A stretch of DNA of 64,000 nucleotides from an uncultured delta proteobacterium (GCA_963796055.1 CAWCKH010000004.1:32001-96000); one strand, 5' to 3'; counted from the stretch's first letter, positions 39,783 through 49,530 are shown. Made by a program: numbers and translations. Notes: generated by a model from the letters alone, not told the origin.

Positions 39783-40370
39783 TCAGTTGCAACCGGCGTC
39801 GCCCGCGCCGCAGGACAGCAGTCTCGGCTGCCCGCTCAGCGGCTCCAGGAGCAGCTGACGGTCGTCCTGGTGCGCGATCGCCGCGCGGAGGGTGAGGACC
39901 CCCGCGGGCGGTGCGGCCAGACAGTCGCCCACCCCCGCCACCCGGGGGACGGCCTGTCCCGTCCCACCCCGGAAGCACAGCCCGGCCCAGGAGCTGAGGT
40001 CGACGGTGGCGGGCACCGTCATCCAGGCCCCGCTTTCCCGGCAGGGGCAAGAGCCGGTCCCGCACATGTCGGTGGTGGCGCATCCGGCCGAGGGGCAGCC
40101 GATCCCGAACACCTCGTTGTCACAGGGGAGCCGCTCCCACCGCGCCTGCGCCACTCCGCCGTCCACCACCATCGCCAGACGAACCGGCTGGTTGGCGGTG
40201 CGGGCCAGCTTCCGGGCGGTGAGCAGCTGCCCGTAGACGCCGGTCACCGCGTCGCTGGCGCGGGCCCGGGCGATGGCCGCGGTCCAGCTGTCGACCGCCA
40301 GGGCGGTGAGGACGGTGATGACCGCGCAGGTGGTCATCGCCTCGAGCAGGGTGATGCCTCGCCGGGCCAT
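39783..40370 (-). CDS. fimU: FimU/FimT-like minor pilin
   Basis: Prepilin RRG|ITLLE; ..L..ARKLA...NQPV; Cys-rich; last gene of the cluster. Confidence 0.8.
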   Translation of the reverse strand: MARRGITLLEAMTTCAVITVLTALAVDSWTAAIARARASDAVTGVYGQLLTARKLARTANQPVRLAMVVDGGVAQARWERLPCDNEVFGIGCPSAGCATTDMCGTGSCPCRESGAWMTVPATVDLSSWAGLCFRGGTGQAVPRVAGVGDCLAAPPAGVLTLRAAIAHQDDRQLLLEPLSGQPRLLSCGAGDAGCN

Positions 40371-41542
40371 CAGAAGCTCCCCGCCAGCTGGTAGTTCCGG
40401 GGCGCGAGCGTCAGCACCAGCGTGCGCCGGACCAGGCCGTCGTCAGGATTGCCCTCCTCGTCGCGGGCGAAGCCCCCGCCGTCGGAGGCCGCGACGCCGG
40501 GCCGCTCTCGCCGGGTCGAGCGAGCGACGAGGCGAACCTCCACCGCGCGCACCCGCCGCATGAGGGCGTCCCAGGCGGTGGGATCCAGTGCCAGAGGCCC
40601 CATGCCACCCGGAACGGCGCAGTCGCCACTCGGGCTCATCCCGGCGCACTGGTCGATGGAGACTCCGCCGTCCGCACCCGGGAACCAGGTGAGCGGCACG
40701 CCGGCATCGGTGGTCAGGTCCCGGACCCCGAAGGCCACGGTCATCTGTTCCACGTCACGGCTGACCTCGGTCCAGGTGTCGGAAGGAAGCGGCGGAGCGC
40801 GGGTGGTGTACTCGAGCACCGGCGCGCCGCTCGCCCAGTTGACCCGCAGGGTGACGCCTCCGGCGGGCATCACCACCGTGCGCTGGGTGGCGAACAGCGA
40901 GCCTCCCATCGCACAGCCGTCTCCAGCCGGTGCGTCGTTGGAGTTCGGATAGGGCGTGGTCGGCAGGGTCGCGGCGTGCACACCCGGCGTCCCGGCGCCC
41001 GCCAGCCCGGTGACGATCTGCGAGCAGGCCTCGGGCAGGTCCGGGTTGACGACGAACACCGGCGTCCCGGCGTCGAAGGTGGTGGCCGCGGTCGGGGTGC
41101 ACAGCCCCGCGCTCTCGCGGGAGAAGCCGCCGGTGCCCCCGTCGGCGCCGGAGAGGGCACAGGAGGCCAGCGGCACCAGCGCGGTGGGGTCGCCCCAGCG
41201 AAGCTGCAGCGAGTCGGAGATGCGGTCGGCGTAGATCGGCGGCGGCGGCGCGAAGTTCGGGAATCCGGTGAAGGGGTCCGCGGTGGTCACCTGGATGGCG
41301 TAGGCGAAGGTGGTCCCGCCGAGGTTGATGCGGGCGTTACCCATCCCCTCCCCCGCCCGCTGCAGCATCGGTCCGAAGAAGTCGGTCACCGCCTGCGTCC
41401 CGCCCTGGATCAACGAGCTCTGCTGCTCGATGAACGCCTTGCGCTGGAACTGCAGACCGACGCTGAGGGTCGCGGTGAGCACCACCAGTCCCATGGCGCT
41501 GGCCAGCATGGCCTCCATCAAGGTGTAGCCGCGCCGGGTCAT
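40370..41542 (-). CDS. pilW: PilW-like minor pilin
   Basis: Prepilin MTRRG|YTLME; VEQM.VAFG, VRAVEVRLVAR, PRN terminus. Confidence 0.82.
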   Translation of the reverse strand: MTRRGYTLMEAMLASAMGLVVLTATLSVGLQFQRKAFIEQQSSLIQGGTQAVTDFFGPMLQRAGEGMGNARINLGGTTFAYAIQVTTADPFTGFPNFAPPPPIYADRISDSLQLRWGDPTALVPLASCALSGADGGTGGFSRESAGLCTPTAATTFDAGTPVFVVNPDLPEACSQIVTGLAGAGTPGVHAATLPTTPYPNSNDAPAGDGCAMGGSLFATQRTVVMPAGGVTLRVNWASGAPVLEYTTRAPPLPSDTWTEVSRDVEQMTVAFGVRDLTTDAGVPLTWFPGADGGVSIDQCAGMSPSGDCAVPGGMGPLALDPTAWDALMRRVRAVEVRLVARSTRRERPGVAASDGGGFARDEEGNPDDGLVRRTLVLTLAPRNYQLAGSF

Positions 41543-42060
41543 GGGGCCACCCGCGTCTGGAGGGCGACCGACTGCCGCGCCCGGTCGCGTTCCAGCCAGC
41601 TCACCGTCACCCGGACGTTGAGCACGTGCGGCGCGGGCTGGCCCGGCACCAGGGCCCTGGCGAGCAGCGGCGCGCCGGTCTCGTTGCCCTCGAAGCAGGG
41701 GGCACCGCCGTTGCAGGTCCCGGGGCCGTCCACGTCGACGTCCACGTGGTACGAACGGGTGGATCCGGTGGGGGCGCTCCCCAGCATCGTCGAGGCGCCC
41801 CAGCTCACGTCGTAACCCGTGCGGTCCAGGGCGCGGACGTTGTCGCAGAAGGCCGTGTCCGAGCCTCCGTTGCTGCAGCCCAGCGCCAGCACGCGCTCCA
41901 GCTCGCGCTGGGCGATGGCCTCGGCCTGGGCGTTGGCGAGCGTGCGCCGGTTCTGCGCCGTGGCGGAGAGCACCAGCGAGCCGACGGCGGCGATGCCCAT
42001 GGCCATCACCCCCATCGCCATCACCACCTCGAGCAGCGTGGTGCCTCGGCGCGTCCTCAC
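41539..42060 (-). CDS. pilV: PilV-like minor pilin
   Basis: Prepilin RRG|TTLLEVV; A..IA..ELE; VRVTVSW; GTGA overlap with pilY1. Confidence 0.82.
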   Translation of the reverse strand: MRTRRGTTLLEVVMAMGVMAMGIAAVGSLVLSATAQNRRTLANAQAEAIAQRELERVLALGCSNGGSDTAFCDNVRALDRTGYDVSWGASTMLGSAPTGSTRSYHVDVDVDGPGTCNGGAPCFEGNETGAPLLARALVPGQPAPHVLNVRVTVSWLERDRARQSVALQTRVAP

Positions 42061-45000
42061 TTGGGGAGCTGCGACTGTGTCGAGACGTCCCACAGGATGA
42101 CCCTCGGCGCCGTGGCCGGCGTGAAGTTGGTCCGGTTGTTCCATGCCGCGTCACCGTAGGCCGTGGCCTGTCCGGTGACGCTGACGCTGAGCACGTGGCC
42201 GTCGTAGATGACCGGGGAGTTGAGGGAGTGACCGCCGAGGTCCTTGCCGCTGCCCGACTGGGCCGAGCCGTCACCCTGGCCGAAGCTGTAGTACTTGCCG
42301 CTGGTGTCGTTGCTCAGGTTGCATGCGTCGGCGGCGTTGCCGACCGCGGTGGTGACGTAGACGAAGTTGGCGTCCAGCGACACGCCACCCCACACCCGCT
42401 GGCCCGGGTCCAGCGCGTTGCTCCAGGTGGGCGCCACCGGAGCGGGCGGGCAGGTGCCCAGCGGATCGGGGTCGGTGTATCCGAAGACGTAGTACCGCGA
42501 GGCGGTGGCATCGTAGGGGTCGTCCGGGCTGTCCGCCGTGCCGAAGAAGAACATCACCGTGTTCTTCCCGTCGGTGATCGGGCCTGGACGGGAGACCAGG
42601 CCGGAGTGGATCTCCTGGTAGGGCCCGTCGCTGCCTCCCACCGCCAGCGGCGCGCTGGCGATGAGACACTTGGGAACCCGGGAACCGAGCGTCAGGGACT
42701 CGTCCCGCTTGCTCAGGTTCAGGCGGTACACCCGCCCGCTGGTCGAGGGGACGTAGAGCACGTCCGAGGTTCCGTCCCCGGGGGTGGCGTCTCCGTAGGT
42801 GGGCTCCCCGCCGATGCCCTCACCCTGCTCGATGGGCACCACACCCACCTGCTTGCCGTTGACCACCACCGGCAGCCCGGTGGCGAGGTCGATGAGGTAG
42901 ATGGCCCCGGCGTAGCCGGAGGCGGGGACGTAGTCGCTGGCCACCGCGGCGATCCACTTGCGGCAGCTCCCCTGGCCGCCCCCGCAGTCCGCGGTGGCGC
43001 TGGTGCCGAAGTCCACCCGGGCGATGACCGGGGCGTGGCGGGTGCCGTTGGTGTCCGGGAGCAGGATGCTGGGGTTGCCCAGCCGCGCGGTGGCGAACGC
43101 GCCGCTCACCGAGCTCATGTCGAACTCCCACTGGAAGATGGGGTAGGTGTCGAGGTCGGGCTGGGTGATGTCCAGCGCGAAGACGCTGCTCTGCCCGCGG
43201 CCCGCCGCCGAGACCAGCATCGTCTTCGCCCCCAGGCCCACCTTGTTGCTGATGGTCCAGGGGAGCACGGTGCTCCCCAGCCCTCCCAGGTCCACGTCGC
43301 CGACCGCGGGCGAGGCGTCCAGCGACGCCGCCGGCGCGCCGGTGATGGTCGGCCCCACGTAGCTGTTGACGTACCGTCCCAGCAGGCGGCGGGGGAGGAA
43401 GGCGAAGCGCTCGGCGCCGTTGCCGTAGTTGCGGGCGTTGATGCCCGGTGGGGTCACGCAGGCGCCGGTGGGCTGGAAGAAGCCCCGGTACAAGGTCTGC
43501 CCCATCTGGCCGAGGCAGGGGTCCGAGGTGGAGGGCGAGTAGTGGCCGGCGGCGAACGCATGCAGCATCCCGCTGCTGGTGTTCACGTACGTATAGGTGT
43601 TGCGCGCCGAGAGCGGGCTGCCATTCAGGATGCCGCTCATGAAACGGGTCTGGAACGAGGTCTGCTCGTCGCCGGTGGTGTTGTAGTACCAGGACGGGAA
43701 GGTGGGCGGCCCCACGACCGCCGGGGTGGAGAGGTTCACTCCCCCCATCGGCCAGGCGCGGCGCACGTTGCTCGGCGCCGGATTCTGGTTGTCCTCCCAG
43801 CCGTAGAGCCAGTCCTTGAGGAAGTCTCGATCGGTCGAGGTGCAGACCCCGTCCTGGTTCAGGTCGAAGACGTACTTGCCGCCGTTGACCCGGCAGAGCT
43901 GGGTGGCCGGGAGCAGCAGATCCTCGGCGGAGTTCACCGTGGAGAGCGCGGCGATCTTCCCGGTCGAGTCCACGGTGAGCAACCGCCGGGTCGACGGTGA
44001 GCCGGCGGTGAGGTCGGTCACCATCTTCCCGCCCGAGTCCCAGCGCTGCACGCCGTGGGTCACGGTGGGCTGCTCCGGATCGTAGATGGACTTGAGGTAG
44101 AGGTGACCGCGGATCGCGAGGTCCCGCTTGGCGTCGTAGTTCCGGGTGGAGGGCGCCGGAGGGCTCGAGGGCCAGGGTCCGGTCCAGCTCTGGCCGGGGG
44201 TCTCGTAGGTGCCGTAGACGAAGGCGTTGCCCACGGTGGAGAGGCTGGAGCGGGAGTAGGAGCCGGCGCGCACCGCCTGGTAACCCACCGAGATGCTCTT
44301 GATGGTGGGCTGGCAGTACTGGTTGGGGCTGGAGAGCCGGGCCTGCCAGCAGAGCTGCGAGCCGGTGAACCCCAGGTCCAGCACGTTGAAGGTGACCTCG
44401 GACGGGTTGCCTGACGGCAGCGGCACCCGGGTCCAGGAGGGGTCGGGGTTGGTGGTGCAGATCCCGCTCGCGCAGAGGTTGCAGTCCACCGCCACGTAGT
44501 AGTCGATGCTCGCCTTGGGCGGCCCGTTGCAGGCGTTGGCCGGGCCGGAGGCCTGGAAGGCGGTGTCGTCGTCCTTGCGGAAGCGGATGTTGGTGATGGT
44601 GAGGTCCGCGACATCGGTGGGGCTGATGTCGCTGGAGACCAGGCCCGAGGTCGCCGTCCCCCCGTTGCTCTTGTTGATCTGGAACACCACGTCGTTGAAG
44701 TCGCGGTCACCACCGCCGCTGAGGTCCTCGAAGCCCAGGATCCAGCGGAACGGGTCGGTGCTCGGCGCGCCCACGATGACGTGCGGCATGCGGTTGGTGG
44801 TGGAGCGAGGAACGCTCACCACCTCGTGAGGCATGGTCAGGTTGTAGCCCCCGTCGGGCGAGGCCAGGCGGGTCAGGGTGGCCTGGTCGAGCCAGCCGGT
44901 GTACGTGCCGCCGTCCACGTTGCACGTGTTCGGGTAGCCGCATCCGATGTCCACCTGGGCCGCAGGGTTGGTCATGTTCAGGTTCTCGTCCATGTTCAGG

Positions 45001-46055
45001 TCGGTGCGGCTGAAGTGGACGACGATCGGGGTGTTGAGCCAGAGCTTGCATACCCCGCCGATCCGGCCGAGGCAGCCCGCCTGCGGCTGGCCGGTGTAGA
45101 AGGTGACCAGGTAGAAGATGATCTCCCGGTTGCCTGGCAGCGTGCCGAGGTTGAGCGTCCGGTCGTAGAGCGACACGCCCGGATCGGGATTGCTGCCCGC
45201 CGGTAGGAGCCGGCCGTTCCCGTCGTAGGCGCTCACGTCGTAGTCCGGCACGCCGTCCGCCTTGCTGGAGATGTCCTTCACCGGGACCAGCGCCTTGGTG
45301 GTGGTGTCGGTGTCGTCGTCGGCGTTGAGGAAGACCAGGTGCCCGAGGCCCAGGCCACCGTTCGCCGGGTCCGCGGGCTCGAGGAGGTTGGGGACGCGGG
45401 CGTAGAGGCCGTTGTCGGTGTACTCGAGGTTCGGGGTGGTGGGCGTGCTGCCATTGGCCTTCCCCACCTGCCAGCCCGAGACCGAGCCCATCCCGCCGTC
45501 GGCGAGGAAGGCGGTCTTGCTGGTGGTCCCGTACGTCGTGCCGCAGGCGTCGGTGGCGATCTCCGGCTCCACCAGCTTCACCCCGTTCCAGGTGAAGGTG
45601 GGCGGGGTCGCGCCACACTTGCGGAACTTCCCGATGTAGCGGTTCTGGGAGAGGTTGTAGATGTCCTCGTGGAGGTCGGGGATGCCGTCCGCATCGGAGT
45701 CGAGCAGGTTCCCGCTCGCGTCCATGTACCCCCGCTTCACCAGGTCGTCGGCGTACAGCCAGCCCAGCGCCCAGCCGGCGCCGCCGGCGTTGTAGACGTA
45801 GCTGATGCTCACGTTCTGGTCGAACGGGAGCTGGATCTTCTGCGGGTTCAGCACGTCGAGGTTGGTGTTCAGCCGGAGCACCGCCGGATTGCCCACCACC
45901 TGGACGGTCTTCAGGCTCTGGAAGCCTCCGTCGGCGAAGTCCGGCTGGCGATTTTGTGCGAGGTCGTCCTTGCAGAGCGCGGCCAGGTTGCCGCCCTGCG
46001 CCACCAGTGCCCAGCAACAGACGAGCACCGCCAGTGCCGTTGCCAGCCGCTTCAT
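42057..46055 (-). CDS. pilY1: PilY1 adhesin with DUF4114-type Ca-binding motif and C-terminal beta-propeller
   Basis: Signal peptide; GFEDLSGGGDRDFNDVVF; GMLHAF..G.ERFAFLP; ALDIT; IYLIDLATG; 1332 aa. Confidence 0.88.
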   Translation of the reverse strand: MKRLATALAVLVCCWALVAQGGNLAALCKDDLAQNRQPDFADGGFQSLKTVQVVGNPAVLRLNTNLDVLNPQKIQLPFDQNVSISYVYNAGGAGWALGWLYADDLVKRGYMDASGNLLDSDADGIPDLHEDIYNLSQNRYIGKFRKCGATPPTFTWNGVKLVEPEIATDACGTTYGTTSKTAFLADGGMGSVSGWQVGKANGSTPTTPNLEYTDNGLYARVPNLLEPADPANGGLGLGHLVFLNADDDTDTTTKALVPVKDISSKADGVPDYDVSAYDGNGRLLPAGSNPDPGVSLYDRTLNLGTLPGNREIIFYLVTFYTGQPQAGCLGRIGGVCKLWLNTPIVVHFSRTDLNMDENLNMTNPAAQVDIGCGYPNTCNVDGGTYTGWLDQATLTRLASPDGGYNLTMPHEVVSVPRSTTNRMPHVIVGAPSTDPFRWILGFEDLSGGGDRDFNDVVFQINKSNGGTATSGLVSSDISPTDVADLTITNIRFRKDDDTAFQASGPANACNGPPKASIDYYVAVDCNLCASGICTTNPDPSWTRVPLPSGNPSEVTFNVLDLGFTGSQLCWQARLSSPNQYCQPTIKSISVGYQAVRAGSYSRSSLSTVGNAFVYGTYETPGQSWTGPWPSSPPAPSTRNYDAKRDLAIRGHLYLKSIYDPEQPTVTHGVQRWDSGGKMVTDLTAGSPSTRRLLTVDSTGKIAALSTVNSAEDLLLPATQLCRVNGGKYVFDLNQDGVCTSTDRDFLKDWLYGWEDNQNPAPSNVRRAWPMGGVNLSTPAVVGPPTFPSWYYNTTGDEQTSFQTRFMSGILNGSPLSARNTYTYVNTSSGMLHAFAAGHYSPSTSDPCLGQMGQTLYRGFFQPTGACVTPPGINARNYGNGAERFAFLPRRLLGRYVNSYVGPTITGAPAASLDASPAVGDVDLGGLGSTVLPWTISNKVGLGAKTMLVSAAGRGQSSVFALDITQPDLDTYPIFQWEFDMSSVSGAFATARLGNPSILLPDTNGTRHAPVIARVDFGTSATADCGGGQGSCRKWIAAVASDYVPASGYAGAIYLIDLATGLPVVVNGKQVGVVPIEQGEGIGGEPTYGDATPGDGTSDVLYVPSTSGRVYRLNLSKRDESLTLGSRVPKCLIASAPLAVGGSDGPYQEIHSGLVSRPGPITDGKNTVMFFFGTADSPDDPYDATASRYYVFGYTDPDPLGTCPPAPVAPTWSNALDPGQRVWGGVSLDANFVYVTTAVGNAADACNLSNDTSGKYYSFGQGDGSAQSGSGKDLGGHSLNSPVIYDGHVLSVSVTGQATAYGDAAWNNRTNFTPATAPRVILWDVSTQSQLPK

Positions 46056-46504
46056 GGCCGCTTCCCTCCTCGCCTCGCCCGGGCGGTGGGGACGCCGGCC
46101 TTCGCGGCCCGCGCCTGATCCTGGGCCAGCGACTGGCGGAGGCGCTCCTTGCGCGGAGGCGCCTCGGGCACCACCCGGGACATCAGGAAGGCCATGACGT
46201 CGTCCAGCTGCGCCGCCGGCAGCTGCCGCGTGTCACAGCTCGTGTCGCGCCGTACCGCGACCGGGTTCTGGATCCACGCCCGAGCCGGATCGTAGCCCTT
46301 GGACAGGAGCGCCTCGGTCAAATCCGGGCCGGCGCCGGGGCGGGCGTTTCGCCGGTCGGCGTGTGGCTCCCGCTCCCCGGCGGGGACCTGGCTCGCCGCG
46401 TGGCACCGGGCGCAGGCGGAGGCGAACGCACTGGCGCCCACGTCGGGGTCGGCCGCCAGGGCGGGCAAGGAGAGCAGCAGGGCGATGGAGACAAGGCGAG
46501 GCAC
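46052..46504 (-). CDS. tfcP: TfcP-like non-canonical cytochrome c (probable His/Cys ligation)
   Basis: Signal peptide; C31ARC34H35; GPDL; W..NP....DTSC90 in place of the distal Met; located between pilX and pilY1. Confidence 0.8.
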   Translation of the reverse strand: MPRLVSIALLLSLPALAADPDVGASAFASACARCHAASQVPAGEREPHADRRNARPGAGPDLTEALLSKGYDPARAWIQNPVAVRRDTSCDTRQLPAAQLDDVMAFLMSRVVPEAPPRKERLRQSLAQDQARAAKAGVPTARARRGGKRP

Positions 46505-46514
46505 GTCTGTCCTC

Positions 46515-47249
46515 TCAGAGGCTGGTGGTCTGGTTGGCGTTGATGGGGGCGTTCTCGTTCAGGTGAACGGGATCCCGAATCTTGTCGGAGTAGCTGTACC
46601 CGGTGCCGACTGCGCCGGTGCCCGGGCGCACCAGCGCGCGCACCACCGCCTGCACCGGGACACCGGCGCCGACCTGCACCTGCCCCACCGCGACCAGCCA
46701 CACCGTGCCGTTGGTATCGACGGTGAGGTCGCCATCCCCGTCGTCGTCGTCGCGAAGGAAGACGCGGTAGGCGACACGCGAGGCGTCCGGGTAGCTGGTG
46801 TAGGGGGCGCCGTCCGAGGCGACGAGCTCCAGGCCGGCGGTGGTGACGTCCGAGTCCAGGGCCTGCGCCCCGCTGGCGTCGGGCGCCCGCGACAGCACGT
46901 ACCCCACCCAGGCCTCCGGCGTGCTGCCCAGCGGGACCTGGTACCAGGGGTCGCCGGCGACGCCCACGTCCGCCGCGGGGGCGAGCGCGGCGAGGATGGC
47001 GTTGGTCGGCTGCGGTGAGGGGATCGCCGCGGTCTGCAGCCGGAGCCACTCGCGCGCCTCGGCCAGGCCTGCCTCGGCGGCGAAGAACGCCTCCTTCGCC
47101 CGGCGATCCTGCCCCGCCGGATCCGACTGCGCGGTGATGAGGTTGAGCGTGGTGATGGCGCCGAGGGTGAGAAAGGTCACCACCCCCAGCGACAGCAGCA
47201 GCGTCGCACCGCGCGGGTGTCTCGCTCTCGCTCTGGGTCGGCGGCTCAT
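46515..47249 (-). CDS. pilX: PilX-like minor pilin
   Basis: PRG|ATLLL (no E5); AFFAAEAGLAEA PilX N-terminal motif; acidic DDDDGDGD loop. Confidence 0.85.
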   Translation of the reverse strand: MSRRPRARARHPRGATLLLSLGVVTFLTLGAITTLNLITAQSDPAGQDRRAKEAFFAAEAGLAEAREWLRLQTAAIPSPQPTNAILAALAPAADVGVAGDPWYQVPLGSTPEAWVGYVLSRAPDASGAQALDSDVTTAGLELVASDGAPYTSYPDASRVAYRVFLRDDDDGDGDLTVDTNGTVWLVAVGQVQVGAGVPVQAVVRALVRPGTGAVGTGYSYSDKIRDPVHLNENAPINANQTTSL

Positions 47250-47400
47250 TGCGCCGGCCCAACAGTGCAAGCCCTTGTCCCAGCACCAAGAGCCCGAGTT
47301 CCGGGGACTCGTCCCGTGGACGGGGTGGGTCATCACCGGCCCGGTGGGTCGGCAAAGCTTGCGGCAGCCCCGGCGACGATGTGAGACAGCGGCCCCGACC

Positions 47401-47967
47401 ATGCGATTGCTTCTCGCCTCGACCTCGCCGGCGCGCCGGGCGCTGCTCGACGCGCTGGGGGTGCCCTACTCCGCCGAGGCGCCCGGCGTGGACGAGGAGG
47501 TGCCCGAGGGAACTCCGGTGGAGGACGCGGTCCGGATGCTCGCGCTGCGGAAGGCGCGGGCGGTCTCCGCGCGGCATGCCGATGCGCTGGTGCTCGGCGC
47601 CGACCAGCTCGCCGAGGTGGACGGCCGGGTGCTCGGAAAGCCGGAGTCGCGGGAGGCGGCGGGCGCGCAGCTCGGGTCATTGCTCGGACGGAGCCACCGG
47701 CTGCTGACCGCCGTGGCGCTGGTGGGCGGCGGCGACGAGCAGCTCGCGCTGGACGTGGTCACCCTGCGCTTCCACCCGTTGGCTCCCGAGGAGCTGGAGC
47801 GCTACCTCGACACCGGGGAGTGGCGGGGGTGCGCCGGCGGCTACCGCATCGAGGGCCGCGGACAGGCGCTGGTGGCCGCGCTCGACGGGGACCGCACCTC
47901 GGTCCAGGGGCTGCCGATGCTCCCCGTGGTCCGGATGCTCCGCGCCCGCGGCTTCCCGCTTCTGTAA
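47401..47967 (+). CDS. maf: Maf family nucleotide pyrophosphatase
   Basis: LLLASTSPARR, VLGADQ, LGKP, CAGGYRIEG, VQGLP. Confidence 0.93.
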   Translation: MRLLLASTSPARRALLDALGVPYSAEAPGVDEEVPEGTPVEDAVRMLALRKARAVSARHADALVLGADQLAEVDGRVLGKPESREAAGAQLGSLLGRSHRLLTAVALVGGGDEQLALDVVTLRFHPLAPEELERYLDTGEWRGCAGGYRIEGRGQALVAALDGDRTSVQGLPMLPVVRMLRARGFPLL

Positions 47968-47968
47968 G

Positions 47969-48063
47969 TCAGGGCGGTCGCGCCCGACGGCCTGGTCGAA
48001 GACTCTCAGGCCCGCAGTCATCGAGATCAGGGCGGCCGCGGCACGGTCGTCAGGGCGGCCGCG
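47969..48063. repeat. Three imperfect 14-bp direct repeats TCAGGGCGGYCGCG in a convergent intergenic region
   Basis: Copies at 47969-47982, 48027-48040 and 48050-48063. Confidence 0.55.
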
Positions 48064-48080
48064 TCCGAGCTCCCCCGGGC

Positions 48081-49058
48081 TCAGGCCGAGGCGGTCACCG
48101 GCTCCCTGCGCAGCTCCTCGGCGATGGAACGGGCCGCCTCGCGCGCCCGGGGAAGCTCGTCGGGCCTGAAGCTCATCGCCGCCACCACCGGGTGCCCGCC
48201 GCCGCCCCAGCGCTCGGCGATGGCCGACAGGTCGTGGCGCCGCAGCTCCGGCCGCCAGGGGTTGCTGCCGATGGAGACCTTGGACCGCTTCGCTCCGCGG
48301 CCCACCCAGACCACGTAGCGGGCGTCGGGGAAGAGATCGTAGGCGATGAACTTGTTCATCGCGTCCAGCCCCTCGTCCGCGACGTCGAAGAAGACCACCC
48401 CGCGGTCGATGGCCGCCTTCCTCCGCACCACCTCGCGGTTGTGCTGGTGGCGCTCGAGGAGCGGACGGAACGGCTCCTGGATCATCGGCCGCGATGCCAC
48501 CTCGGAGAGCGTGTGGCGGTGCAGAAGCCGGATGACCTCCGGGATGAGCTCCGGGTCGTGGTTGGCCTCGAGCACCGTCATCAGCTGGAGCGCGGGCTCG
48601 CGGAGCCCCACTGCCATCTGGGGGCTGGGGAACTGCGCCCCGTCGATGATCTCCGCCCACTCCAGCAGCTCGGTCATCGGCCCGGGATCGAACCCGAAGC
48701 GGGCCCGGGCCACGTCCGCCAGGTACACCGTGCAGCTCTTCCGCCGGGCATCGTGGAACTTTCGTCCCGAGGCGTCGGCCAGGAAGTGGGCCGCGTCCCC
48801 GTCGTTCTGGAAGGCCGAGGCATGGTGGTCGAACCACCAGGTCAGCTTCGGAGACTGGCTGTACCGGAAGTCGACGATGGCGTTCTCGTCCCCCTGGAAC
48901 GCCGAGTCGGGCAGCGCGGCGCCGCCCGCCTGGTGTGACACACCTTGATACGTGAGTGTGGCACCCGGACGGATCCGCTCCAGATAGAAGCGCGAGAAGA
49001 CTGCGGCGCTCGCCGCGCCATCGAAGCAATTGTCGTGGAAGAGCACGTGCATCCGCAT
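48081..49058 (-). CDS. DHH family phosphoesterase
   Basis: FHDNCFDG, IVDF, WFDHH, GGGHP. Confidence 0.88.
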   Translation of the reverse strand: MRMHVLFHDNCFDGAASAAVFSRFYLERIRPGATLTYQGVSHQAGGAALPDSAFQGDENAIVDFRYSQSPKLTWWFDHHASAFQNDGDAAHFLADASGRKFHDARRKSCTVYLADVARARFGFDPGPMTELLEWAEIIDGAQFPSPQMAVGLREPALQLMTVLEANHDPELIPEVIRLLHRHTLSEVASRPMIQEPFRPLLERHQHNREVVRRKAAIDRGVVFFDVADEGLDAMNKFIAYDLFPDARYVVWVGRGAKRSKVSIGSNPWRPELRRHDLSAIAERWGGGGHPVVAAMSFRPDELPRAREAARSIAEELRREPVTASA

Positions 49059-49252
49059 CTTGGTAGGACGGACTACCACCCCACCCCGTCGCTGCGGGAG
49101 AGGGAATTCGCCCCCTTCGCTCGACGCCCCGGGGACGCTCCACCTCCGACCTGCCGCCCTCGAGCCTGAAAGAACGACAGCCCGTCGGCTTCCCGACAGG
49201 GGCCGTGTCACGGACTCCCTGGAAGAACACACGTTCTCCCCCGGTCCCCGCA

Positions 49253-49268
49253 CGGCACGGTGCCTGCT
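49253..49268 (+). promoter_or_regulatory. Sigma54-type -24/-12 promoter candidate
   Basis: CGGCACGGTGCCTGCT = GG-N10-GC with GGCAC core, ~55 bp upstream of the 49321 ORF. Confidence 0.55.
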
Positions 49269-49320
49269 ACGGACCTCCACCAGATTCGCCGGACATCGCT
49301 CCGGCTCCCACGGAGGGAAC

Positions 49321-49530
49321 ATGCGAAAGTCGTCGGGGAAGAAGAACACGCGGTTGCAGCGGCTGAAGCAGCGGGCCAGGGCGCACCACCAGGCCGTGCA
49401 GACCACCCTCGGTGAGCTCATTGCCGCTGCCTTCGACACCGTGGGCAACGAGGTGAAGGACGTGGCCCGCCTGCTGTCCTCCCGGGAGATCGGCCGGGCG
49501 GCGCACGCGCGCATCGTCCTGGTCCAGTAG
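49321..49530 (+). CDS. Small basic hypothetical protein (69 aa)
   Basis: GGAGGG RBS; MRKSSGKK...TTLGELIAAAFDTVG; GC3 bias. Confidence 0.7.
   Translation: MRKSSGKKNTRLQRLKQRARAHHQAVQTTLGELIAAAFDTVGNEVKDVARLLSSREIGRAAHARIVLVQ

Noticed and set aside
47265..47282. Sigma54-like GG-N10-GC (GGGACAAGGGCTTGCA) upstream of pilX
   Set aside because: Lacks the GGCAC core and would leave only a few nt of leader before the ATG
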